Source: Candidatus Poribacteria bacterium (GTDB lineage: Bacteria > Poribacteria > WGA-4E > WGA-3G). From it: a stretch of 64,000 nucleotides of DNA. Both the position numbers and the translations under genes were made by a program. Each line of letters begins with the position of its first letter. Within the stretch, counting starts at the first letter, position 1. The notes under the pieces were generated by a model. The model saw nothing but the letters and a program-made list of their open reading frames with translations, was not told the origin of the DNA and ran no database searches. Location: NCBI GenBank assembly GCA_007571305.1, contig RKRR01000119.1, positions 21,954-85,953 on the forward strand, written 5' to 3'. This document shows, piece by piece, positions 37,536-45,852 of this stretch.

Positions 37536-38237
37536 CTATCTCTGCTTGAGTCGTCCCCATATTAGCGTTAATCTTATCTCCGGGGAAACGTTCAGTCCGG
37601 AAATGGTGAAGGAATCCGCCCATGCCGCTCCGACCCACTCATTTGCGATGTTAATGCCTTCCATGACAAAGCCGAGAATTTCGACCTTATCGAAGTTTGC
37701 ATCTTGAAACACTGTACGGAGCGTGCCATCTGCGAATAGTACAAAATGTCCGGCATTAAATTCGAGTTCCATCTTTTCAAGGGTATCCGTTTCCCAGCGG
37801 GTGCGTGGTTCCCTGGAGAGCCGAATTCGGAAGGGATGGCTACTTCCTCTACCGTCGAATCGCCTCGCTCTGATTTCATCTGGGAAAAATACATAGAAGA
37901 ACGGATCCTCTTGCGGAGTATCAGGAAAACGTCGTCCTACACAAAAACCGAAACGCGTTTTGTCACCACCGAAGTCGTTTATCGTGATTATGAAGTTTCT
38001 ATAGGGCGGTGGGAGTGCGATAAATTGATAGAGCTCGTATTGCACATCCCATTCCCGATTGACTTCTGCGTGTAAGAATCCGTCCTCGATTTTCCAGAGA
38101 GAATCGTTCCCGACGACTCGCCATGCTTCAGGATTTTCGGCATCAAAATCGTCGTGCCAAGTCTGGGCGGAGGCGGAAAAAGCACAGTTCATAAGCGTAT
38201 AAAGAAATATGAGGATTGTTGCGTTTATGTTTGACAT
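37536..38237 (-). CDS. secreted DUF1080/LamG-like jelly-roll protein, paralogue B2, with C-terminal VSP..RLT..WG.LK tag
   Basis: Signal peptide ending ...SASA-QTW. W..VGNDSLWKIEDGFLHAE follows the DUF1080-like pattern. Same length (233 aa) and roughly 40% identity by eye to 39237..39938. Confidence 0.6.
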   Translation of the reverse strand: MSNINATILIFLYTLMNCAFSASAQTWHDDFDAENPEAWRVVGNDSLWKIEDGFLHAEVNREWDVQYELYQFIALPPPYRNFIITINDFGGDKTRFGFCVGRRFPDTPQEDPFFYVFFPDEIRARRFDGRGSSHPFRIRLSREPRTRWETDTLEKMELEFNAGHFVLFADGTLRTVFQDANFDKVEILGFVMEGINIANEWVGAAWADSFTISGLNVSPEIRLTLIWGRLKQR

Positions 38238-38376
38238 CGGATGATTTTTAGTTCACATCGCAGTGAGATTTATCAGTTGTCAGTAACCCTTCAACCCCAT
38301 TATCACAGAAACACGTCAGAAGAGTCGGGATCCGGTGCTATTAGAACAGCACCTACAATTCCTGGGGATGCAGAGA

Positions 38377-39117
38377 CTAATTGATTTTTATACAGTCGTA
38401 CCACTGTTGCGTTTTCTTTCCTTTCCGACTCAGGACCCCGGGTTTGCGTTCGACTGGGGGATCGAAGTCTCCATCTTTTTGTTTTAGGACGTTCCAGTCG
38501 GGAGGGAACCATGTTCTGAGGGTTTTGCAGTTGACTTCAACGGTCTCGCCCTCCCATCCACCGATTTTGTAGTACATCGGGCAGACCCATCGTTCCGCGC
38601 CACGGGCATACCGCCGCCAACCGATGACAGAGGCTTGTGCTCGGATAATGTTTCCGTCCCTCCAGTGTCGTTCCACCCCGCTCCACGGATAGCCTGTTGT
38701 TCCGCTCCCTATACTAATTTCATCCCATCCTAAATCGTCTCGGAGCGTAATATAAGAGAAGTTTGTGCCCCACGGTGTGTCGTCTGTGCTGAAATACCAC
38801 CGTTGACCACGATACCACCGGAGAGCGCCTCGAATACTCGAACGGGAAACCGCTGCGCTTTCGATGGTTTCCACAATGTCAAACCGCCCCCTATTGTTAT
38901 AGGGGTTGTGAACACCAGGACAGAGCGTAAGCGAGTTGAGTTCAGGTCCGAACCACGTGCCGTTCACACCGGGCGTTCTATAATAGAAGCCTGAATTCGC
39001 GGGTTGAGCACGCTCCCCGGGGTTCAACCTCGCTCTGGCGTAGGTGCTCCAAAACGCGACGACAAGAACCACCACGAGTAGGCAGGCATCGAAAATCAAA
39101 TCCAAATTTTTTCGCAT
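38377..39117 (-). CDS. membrane-anchored conserved hypothetical protein, paralogue A2
   Basis: N-terminal TM helix. Shares the blocks YYR.PG, WFGPE, TDDTPWGT, GYPWSG.E.HWRDG and C-terminal WYDC with 39975..40763. No family recognised. Confidence 0.6.
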   Translation of the reverse strand: MRKNLDLIFDACLLVVVLVVAFWSTYARARLNPGERAQPANSGFYYRTPGVNGTWFGPELNSLTLCPGVHNPYNNRGRFDIVETIESAAVSRSSIRGALRWYRGQRWYFSTDDTPWGTNFSYITLRDDLGWDEISIGSGTTGYPWSGVERHWRDGNIIRAQASVIGWRRYARGAERWVCPMYYKIGGWEGETVEVNCKTLRTWFPPDWNVLKQKDGDFDPPVERKPGVLSRKGKKTQQWYDCIKIN

Positions 39118-39236
39118 TTTTTCATCTTACCTTGCGGATGATGAGAAGGTCGGTGCGGTTTCCGAACCGCACCGATTCCGAGGTGTCCACTCAATTCTCA
39201 TATCTATCATAGCTGCTAATCGCCGACCAACAAGCA

Positions 39237-39938
39237 TCAAGGCTGCCGCTTCAAGTCTGCCCATGCCGTTGTTAATTTTCGTTTCGGTGAGACTGCAAGT
39301 CCATCAATGGTAAAGGTATCTACCCACGCGCTCCCCGTGTTAACGTCCTCTGTGACAAATCCAGCGAGTACGAAGGCTATCGTATCAATGTGATCGAAGT
39401 TTGCATCCCTGAAGTCGAGACGCGCCTCGCCATTCGCACTCAATTGAAATCTGCCGTTCTTGAAGTGGAGTTCCATCTGTTGAAGTTCGTCGGTGTCCCA
39501 GCGTCTTTGGGGGCCCACAAATACGCCGCCGTCTCTTGAGGCTTGCATATCGTTCGTGAAAAAGAGATAGTAGCCATCCTCCTCCATCTCGGTCACGGGA
39601 TTTTGGAAATGCTTTGCGAGTGCGATACCGAATCGAGCGCGCGCTGCGCCGGCGGTTTCAAGGGTGATCGTAAAGTCATTATAGGGACCGGGATAGGCGA
39701 TGAATTGGTAGCGTTCAAATATGACACTCCATTGATTTTGTGCCTGAATTTCTGCCCTTAAAAATCCATCTCCGACCCTCCAGACAGAATCGTTTCCGAC
39801 GTGTTGCCAGTCATCTACTGCCTCTTGTTCAAAGTGGTCTTCCCAAAAAGCGGCATTCACACTCCCTTGTAAAAGGAGGAACGTATAAACGATAATGAGA
39901 GTGTTTAGCAGATGTGCGACGTTTTTCATTTCGTTCAA
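39237..39938 (-). CDS. secreted DUF1080/LamG-like jelly-roll protein, paralogue B1, with C-terminal VSP..KLTT.W..LK tag
   Basis: Signal peptide present. W.HVGNDSVWRVGDGFLRAE. Paralogue of 37536..38237. Confidence 0.6.
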   Translation of the reverse strand: MNEMKNVAHLLNTLIIVYTFLLLQGSVNAAFWEDHFEQEAVDDWQHVGNDSVWRVGDGFLRAEIQAQNQWSVIFERYQFIAYPGPYNDFTITLETAGAARARFGIALAKHFQNPVTEMEEDGYYLFFTNDMQASRDGGVFVGPQRRWDTDELQQMELHFKNGRFQLSANGEARLDFRDANFDHIDTIAFVLAGFVTEDVNTGSAWVDTFTIDGLAVSPKRKLTTAWADLKRQP

Positions 39939-39974
39939 CGGAGCAAGTTTAGAAACCTCACCAATGAAGAATAA

Positions 39975-40763
39975 CTATTTTAGCGGCAAGCAGTCGTACC
40001 AATTACCTGTCCCTTTTTCGCGGCGGCTGAGTTGGTTGGAATCGGGGCGGAATGTCGGATCCGTCAAGTGCCCCTCGGTGTGACTTAGGACTTTCAAGTT
40101 AAGCTGTCCCGTTCCAGTCGTACAGGTGTAGTTCAGCGTCCCTACTTTGATGTATTTCGGCGCGAGGTATTTTTTGCCAGTGTTCTCACATGGATAGTAA
40201 CCGACTATATCTGACTTAGATTTTACGGAGTCTCCGTCACGCCAGTGTTCCTCGAACCCACTCCAAGGGAATCCGGTGGTACTGTTCCCAGAGTCAATAT
40301 CCGTCCAACCGATCTCGGATGCAAGGGTAATGCGGACGGTATCTGTGCCCCAAGGCGTGTCATCAGTTGCGAAACGCCATTCCTGTTTCCGATACCACCA
40401 CACCTTTCCGGGTCTTGAGGAGGGCCAGACTTGGGCATCTTCTCTGGTATAGATGATGTCAAAGAATCCTGCGTCGTTAAATGGGTGTGCTATCATCTGA
40501 CAAAGCACTCGACTATCGATTTCTGGTCCGAACCAGCGATTTTCGTTTTCGGATGCAATGAATTTGCCTGGGTTTCGGTAGTAATCGCCAGCGGCTTTCG
40601 GAACAGCAATCTCCTGAGTGATGATCCTTTCCCCATCATTATACGCGCCGTGCAAACCAGCATTTGCGGGGATCAAAAAAAATAGCATAGTGACGATTGT
40701 CGTTAGCGTCAGTGTGAAGGAGTATTTATGTGTCATACGGAACGTGTTTGTTAAAAGTTTCAT
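39975..40763 (-). CDS. membrane-anchored or secreted conserved hypothetical protein, paralogue A1
   Basis: ORF 39975..40811. Start set at MKLLTNTF (40763), leaving a 37-bp gap to the upstream gene. Shares conserved blocks with 38377..39117. Confidence 0.6.
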   Translation of the reverse strand: MKLLTNTFRMTHKYSFTLTLTTIVTMLFFLIPANAGLHGAYNDGERIITQEIAVPKAAGDYYRNPGKFIASENENRWFGPEIDSRVLCQMIAHPFNDAGFFDIIYTREDAQVWPSSRPGKVWWYRKQEWRFATDDTPWGTDTVRITLASEIGWTDIDSGNSTTGFPWSGFEEHWRDGDSVKSKSDIVGYYPCENTGKKYLAPKYIKVGTLNYTCTTGTGQLNLKVLSHTEGHLTDPTFRPDSNQLSRREKGTGNWYDCLPLK

Positions 40764-40800
40764 GCCGCCTTTATGGTGGACAGCACGCGGATCATACCTA

Positions 40801-42345
40801 CTACTCTGCAAAGGGTGTGCCGTCTCGCCTCCCTATGTAGATGCGATATGTGGTGCCAGCAACAGGAATATCAATCTGTTTGTGAACAAGCGTCCGTTGA
40901 TAGCGGCCTGTCACCCCGTCTAATACAACGTGAACCGCACGGATATGGAGTTGATAGTGAGTCTCTGTTAGATTGTGGAATTCAAATTTTCCCTGCGCGT
41001 CTGTTTCCACCTCAAACCGATCCAGTGTCATTGACATGTCATAGGGCTGTAATTCCCACGGGTACCATGAACGCGAAACGATAGCATTGTGGACAGGTTC
41101 ACCTGTATCTGCCCAGAAAACTTGCCCTTGAAGTGTTATTGTGGGTTGATCCGCTACAATAAGCACTTGTTCAGGATTCATTGACGCGTCCACGTCAATC
41201 CGGGCCGCCGAGATGTCGTCTCCGACAGTATAGAGAATATATTTTTCCGCAAAAAGTCCATCAATGACAAAAGTAGATGCTGTCACAGGAAAGTGTTTTG
41301 ACAAAATTGGTCTTCGCAATACTAATGGATTCAGGCTTGGCTCCATCTGTCCATCTATGGGGAACACCTTCACAGTATACTGTCCATCAGAGGATATATT
41401 CTGTGGGAGGATTACACGCCCTTTAACGCTCGCCCCTTTCTTGAGTGGTAGAATTGACGGCATCTTGTCAATGTCTACGTTCTCGTAGACTCTCGTAAAG
41501 TACCCCCTTTTGCTGACCTCAAGTGAAAGCAATCGTGGCTCAGTCTCTAATATCTCCATCCGGAAGTTGCCTGCCTCGTTTGTTTCTGTTGATGACAGAA
41601 GTGCGCTGTGCCCCTGGGATGTCGCTGTGTGTCGAGTTGCGTGGATATGGGCATCTGCTATTGGTCGTTTCTGCGCATCGACAACCGTGCCGCTTAACGT
41701 TTTCAACTTCGGTAGATTGATGGAAATCCGCTCCTGTTTTTGTGGGTTCATCGACTCTATAAACGCTATGATAAAACCATTCCGAGAAATTGTCAAGGTG
41801 TATTCGATGGGGTAGAGTTCAGTAAAATGGAAATTGCCTGTGGTATCGGTCTTCACAACGTGTTCAATCGGTGCGGCGGCGCGAAAGAAGTCTGCCGACT
41901 TGTTGTGCATCTTCAGCTCCACAATAAGCCCAGCGACATTTTTCCTCCCAGAAATATTGCCTTGCAGAGGTAGAGTCCGCCTCAACGCAACTATCCTTAA
42001 ATCATAATTATTTTTTCCGGAAATCATCTCCTGTTGTAAACGTTTCGCTTGATATTGCGGATGAAGTGCCATGAGTGCGAAAGCGTAGTAGGTTTGATTC
42101 GCTTTGGGAATGGTCAGCGAAAAAGCACCTTTGATATCTGTTGCCATTGCGTGCGCGAACTCTTGATCGGGATAGACACGGTCAATTTTTTCAGCAGCGA
42201 TGCGTACGAGCACTTCTGGAATCGGCTGTCCATCTTGGGCATCAACGATCCTGCCGTGGAAGGTGATGTTGTCTGGGGTTTGGCAGATACCAGAGGCGGT
42301 ATAGAGAAAAAGAAACAAAATTGAACGACTGATATAATTCTGCAT
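40801..42345 (-). CDS. secreted multi-repeat carboxypeptidase-regulatory-like (CarboxypepD_reg/Ig-like) domain protein
   Basis: The tracked ORF 40801..42561 runs over two tRNA genes. Start set at MQNYISRSILFLFL (42345), which begins a signal peptide. Repeated G.V.D....PI..A.V modules. Confidence 0.6.
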   Translation of the reverse strand: MQNYISRSILFLFLYTASGICQTPDNITFHGRIVDAQDGQPIPEVLVRIAAEKIDRVYPDQEFAHAMATDIKGAFSLTIPKANQTYYAFALMALHPQYQAKRLQQEMISGKNNYDLRIVALRRTLPLQGNISGRKNVAGLIVELKMHNKSADFFRAAAPIEHVVKTDTTGNFHFTELYPIEYTLTISRNGFIIAFIESMNPQKQERISINLPKLKTLSGTVVDAQKRPIADAHIHATRHTATSQGHSALLSSTETNEAGNFRMEILETEPRLLSLEVSKRGYFTRVYENVDIDKMPSILPLKKGASVKGRVILPQNISSDGQYTVKVFPIDGQMEPSLNPLVLRRPILSKHFPVTASTFVIDGLFAEKYILYTVGDDISAARIDVDASMNPEQVLIVADQPTITLQGQVFWADTGEPVHNAIVSRSWYPWELQPYDMSMTLDRFEVETDAQGKFEFHNLTETHYQLHIRAVHVVLDGVTGRYQRTLVHKQIDIPVAGTTYRIYIGRRDGTPFAE

Positions 42346-42445
42346 GAGAATTCTGATTGGGAGGTAGTTCCTACAAAAAGAAAAGCCCCTTAGCAGGAGA
42401 GGCTTGTCTTCTAAAAGAACTATTTTGCGTTTGATTTGAGTGAGA

Positions 42446-42520
42446 TACCCCCGACGAGATTTGAACTCGTGTCGCCGCCGTGAAAGGGCGGTGTCCTTGG
42501 CCAGGCTAGACGACGGGGGC
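42446..42520 (-). tRNA. tRNA-Glu (anticodon UUC)
   Basis: Minus-strand read GCCCCCGTCGTCTAGCCTGGCCAAGGACACCGCCCTTTCACGGCGGCGACACGAGTTCAAATCTCGTCGGGGGTA. It folds as a cloverleaf with anticodon loop CTTTCAC. No CCA is encoded. Confidence 0.9.
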
Positions 42521-42530
42521 AGAAAAAATG

Positions 42531-42603
42531 TGAGCCGTACAGGGATCGAACCTGTGACCACCTGATTAAAAGTCAGATGCTCTACCAGCTGAGCTAACGG
42601 CTC
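42531..42603 (-). tRNA. tRNA-Lys (anticodon UUU)
   Basis: Minus-strand read GAGCCGTTAGCTCAGCTGGTAGAGCATCTGACTTTTAATCAGGTGGTCACAGGTTCGATCCCTGTACGGCTCA. Anticodon loop is CTTTTAA and the T-loop is GGTTCGATCC. Confidence 0.92.
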
Positions 42604-42670
42604 AAGTTAACAACATTTAATAATACCATACTTTAAGACTGATGTCAAATTAAAATTCGAACAGTTTGAC

Positions 42671-43951
42671 TTACCAGAGGGGTTCTCCGAGTTGCACGAT
42701 CTGATCTCTGTCTGGTCCGACCGAGATGATCGGAATAGGCACATCAAGATAATCCTCGACATACGCGATGTAGTCTTTGGTCGATTGCGGAATATCCGCC
42801 GCAGTGCGTGCTTCGGTCAAGGATTGCTGCCATCCGGGTAGTGTTTCATAAACGGGTTCGCATTCCTCTAAGACCTGTAGACTACTCGGAAAAGTCGTTG
42901 TCTGTTTCCCCTTGTAGCGGTAGGCGACACAGACCTGTAGATCGGCAAGCGTGTCAAACACATCCAATTTTGTCATTGCAATAGCGGTAAGCCCATTAAT
43001 TTGTGTGGCATATCGTAGTGCGACGAGGTCTAACCAGCCGCAGCGCCTTGGGCGTTGTGTTGTGGCACCATATTCTTTGCCGATTTCCCGGATTTCCTTA
43101 TCCAAATCGGGTGGCATCTCTGTAGGAAATGGACCACCACCGACGCGCGTGACATAGGCCTTGGAAACACCGAGTATCTCTTCAATTGCTTTGGGGCCCA
43201 TACCGAGCCCGGTGCAGACGGCACCTGCGGTGCAATTAGAAGAGGTAACGTAGGGATATGTTCCGAAATCTATATCGAGCATAGTCCCTTGCGCGCCTTC
43301 AAAGAGGATCCGTTTTCCAGAAGCGAGTGCGTCGTGCATGAAAGCGACGGTATCCGTTACATAGGGTGCGATCCGCTGTGCGTAACTGTGATAAGTTTCG
43401 AGAAGGACGTGTCGTTCGGGTCCACCTATTTGGAGAGCGTCTGCTTTGGTTTCGAGGTTGTAATCCAACTTCTTTTGGAAGTGATCAAACTCAAGGAGGT
43501 CGCCAACGCGAATGCCGGCGTGTCGGTTCATCTTGTCAGAGTAAGTCGGACCGATCCCGCGGGAAGTGGTGCCGATTTTGGTAGCACTCCCCATCTGTTC
43601 CCACTGTTCGACAGTCTTATGATATGGCATGATGAGATGCGCTCGATCGCTGATCTTCAGATTATCGCTGCTGACTTCAATGTTCTGCGCTTGTAGCCGA
43701 TCGATTTCACCGAAAAGCGTCTCCAAATTAATGACGACCCCGTTGCCGATAACGTTCAAGGTATCGGATCGTAAAATACCAGATGGAATCAAGTGGAGAA
43801 TAAACGTCTCTTCTCCGAGAACGATGGTATGCCCTGCGTTATCGCCGCCTTGATACCGAGCGACAATATCCGCATCTGCGGCGAAGACATCCGTCAGTTT
43901 CCCTTTACTTTCATCACCCCACTGTGCGCCTAAGATGACAATGTTTGACAT
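42671..43951 (-). CDS. purA: adenylosuccinate synthase
   Basis: MSNIVILGAQWGDESKGK, GNGVV, TTSRGIGPTY and KLDVFD motifs. Start set at 43951. Confidence 0.96.
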   Translation of the reverse strand: MSNIVILGAQWGDESKGKLTDVFAADADIVARYQGGDNAGHTIVLGEETFILHLIPSGILRSDTLNVIGNGVVINLETLFGEIDRLQAQNIEVSSDNLKISDRAHLIMPYHKTVEQWEQMGSATKIGTTSRGIGPTYSDKMNRHAGIRVGDLLEFDHFQKKLDYNLETKADALQIGGPERHVLLETYHSYAQRIAPYVTDTVAFMHDALASGKRILFEGAQGTMLDIDFGTYPYVTSSNCTAGAVCTGLGMGPKAIEEILGVSKAYVTRVGGGPFPTEMPPDLDKEIREIGKEYGATTQRPRRCGWLDLVALRYATQINGLTAIAMTKLDVFDTLADLQVCVAYRYKGKQTTTFPSSLQVLEECEPVYETLPGWQQSLTEARTAADIPQSTKDYIAYVEDYLDVPIPIISVGPDRDQIVQLGEPLW

Positions 43952-44191
43952 ACGAGACCTCTTCCTACTCACAAAAACTGATAAGCGCGGTGCCTGCCCG
44001 CGCATGATTTATAGCCCACGCGTCCTTCTGGAACTATAATAAAACTGGTAATTTGACGGTACGCTGTTGCTGGCGGAGAAGAAATGCGCGTATGGCATTC
44101 CAGGAGGGGCTTCCAAAGAGGATTGAAACCCTGCCAGCGAGAGATGGAGACGTGCGTTAAATTTTGTAAACGTCCGAAGAACTCGGCAATT

Positions 44192-44587
44192 CTAACGCTT
44201 GGAGAATTGGAAACGTGCCCGTGCGCCTTTTTGTCCGTACTTCTTCCTCTCGACCATTCTCGGATCTCGCGTTAAAAATCCTGCCTTTTTCAATGAAGGT
44301 TTCAAGGATTCATCGGCTTTGACAAGTGCCCGTGCAAGTCCATGTGAGATTGCCCCAGCCTGTCCAGTCTTGCCGCCCCCCTTTACGTTGACATGGACAG
44401 CATATTCGCCGACCTTCTCAACATGCTCAATGGGACGTTGTGCTGACTGCCAGTGGTCTGCTCGTTCAAAGTACTCTTGAACCGGTTTTTTGTTAACAGT
44501 AATCCCGGCTTCACCACCAGGAATGATTCGGACACGCGCGACTGAGGTTTTGCGTCTGCCGGTTCCCCAGAATTGTTCAATAGCCAT
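44192..44587 (-). CDS. rpsI: 30S ribosomal protein S9
   Basis: GTGRRKTSVARVRI near the N-terminus and a KKYGQKGARARFQFSKR C-terminus. Confidence 0.97.
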   Translation of the reverse strand: MAIEQFWGTGRRKTSVARVRIIPGGEAGITVNKKPVQEYFERADHWQSAQRPIEHVEKVGEYAVHVNVKGGGKTGQAGAISHGLARALVKADESLKPSLKKAGFLTRDPRMVERKKYGQKGARARFQFSKR

Positions 44588-44645
44588 ACTATTCGTACTC
44601 TCCGTAGTTGTAGGAGCACATCTGTGAACGGCCCCTCAACTTAAC

Positions 44646-45083
44646 TTAAAGTGTTAAGACTTCCGGTTTCTGTGCTTGGTGCGGGTGCGTCGGTCCAGTG
44701 TAAACCTTGAGCCCCTTCATGAGTTGCCGACCGAGGTGATTCTTTGGCAGCATCCCCTTAACGGCATTTGTGATAATCACCTCTGGTTTGCGATTCATCT
44801 GTTCCTCAAAAGTTCGGTATTTATCACCGCCGGGGTAGCCACTATGCCTAAAGTAGGTTTTTTGTTCCCTCTTACTGCCTGTGACAACTACTTTCTCCGC
44901 ATTCACAACAGCAACGCGAAAACCTAAATCGGCATGAGGTGTAAACCGAGGATCATTTTTTCCACGCAGTACCTGTGCGATACCGGATGCTAAACGTCCG
45001 AGCACTTGTCCATCCGCGTCTACCACATACCATTTAATGTCTTTTTCCGTTTTCGGGAAATAGGTTTTCGTTTTCAGTATCAT
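44646..45083 (-). CDS. rplM: 50S ribosomal protein L13
   Basis: [30 protein letters not shown] and HSGYPGG. Start set at MILKTKTY. Confidence 0.97.
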   Translation of the reverse strand: MILKTKTYFPKTEKDIKWYVVDADGQVLGRLASGIAQVLRGKNDPRFTPHADLGFRVAVVNAEKVVVTGSKREQKTYFRHSGYPGGDKYRTFEEQMNRKPEVIITNAVKGMLPKNHLGRQLMKGLKVYTGPTHPHQAQKPEVLTL

Positions 45084-45168
45084 GATTTTCTGTCCCTTCA
45101 ACCGAATTTAGCCTGTGCAAGGTCAAATGTGGTTTTGCTGTACGCCGCTTATTGTAGTTTGTTGTCCG

Positions 45169-45200
45169 AGTGTGCCTTTCCTAGAGTGTGCCTTTCCTAG
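45169..45200. repeat. perfect 16-bp tandem duplication (AGTGTGCCTTTCCTAG x2)
   Basis: Read directly: 45169-45184 equals 45185-45200. It lies about 90-120 bp upstream of rplM on the opposite-strand coordinate. Confidence 0.9.
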
Positions 45201-45316
45201 AAAGGTATCTTCACAATCGCGAACCCAACTGAATAATATTATACTATAAAAGAGAGCGTTTGTCAAATTCTGCGCAACTCTCCACCGGAGAATATAGGCA
45301 ATTGAGCAAAATTTAT

Positions 45317-45496
45317 GGGATACACACCAACACAATGGAAGGTTTCTGGTCTTTCGTCAAGCGGGCGTAGTATGGATCGTATCACCAGTATTCACCACGA
45401 TACACGTCCCTGTATCTCACAGAGATGTGCTATAAGTATAATTACCGCAATGAGAATATCTTTGCGAAACTTCTCTCAGAAACGGTAGTGGGATAA
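45317..45496 (+). pseudogene. IS1595-family (ISXO2-like) transposase C-terminal remnant with an in-frame stop
   Basis: Translates as GIHTNTMEGFWSFVKRA*YGSYHQYSPRYTSLYLTEMCYKYNYRNENIF. This matches the conserved NT.EGFWS..KR...G.YH.VS.K.L..YL.EF.FRYN.R tail. There is an internal TAG and no upstream catalytic domain. Confidence 0.7.
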
Positions 45497-45852
45497 ACAT
45501 CACAGAGCTGCTTCTTAAGTCCAAAATGACTAAGTCCGAACATTTTATCAAAGACACGCCTGCGTCTATTGGTGTGCCGAGTTTCCAGATTAGTAAGTTA
45601 TTCTCGTTTCGTGCAGTGAGAAAAGGAAGTTCTGACGCTTTTGAGACTTTTGGGGGCTACCCCTACGAAATGTGACACACATCAAAGCTGTCTTTCGATA
45701 CAAATTAACCATTTATGAAATACCCTCAGATTAACTATGTAGTCTGAAAAAAGCGGATCTCCTTGCAAGTCGTGCTAAGACTATGTTAAAATGCAGAACT
45801 GATGCGAAATGCACTCTGAATTACAGTTTTATGTCCTTTGGGAGGTAGTTTA

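Noticed and set aside
42346-42561. N-terminal 72 codons of tracked ORF 40801..42561
   Set aside because: This stretch runs across tRNA-Glu and into tRNA-Lys on the same strand. An internal ATG at 42345 begins a proper signal peptide, so the extension is not coding.
43055-43696. 213-aa ORF on the plus strand
   Set aside because: It is antisense to purA, whose identity is unambiguous. It has no RBS or motif, so it is a shadow ORF.
45169-45200. Tandem 16-bp repeat considered as a degenerate CRISPR or VNTR
   Set aside because: There are only two directly abutting units, with no spacers and no cas genes. It is not a CRISPR array.
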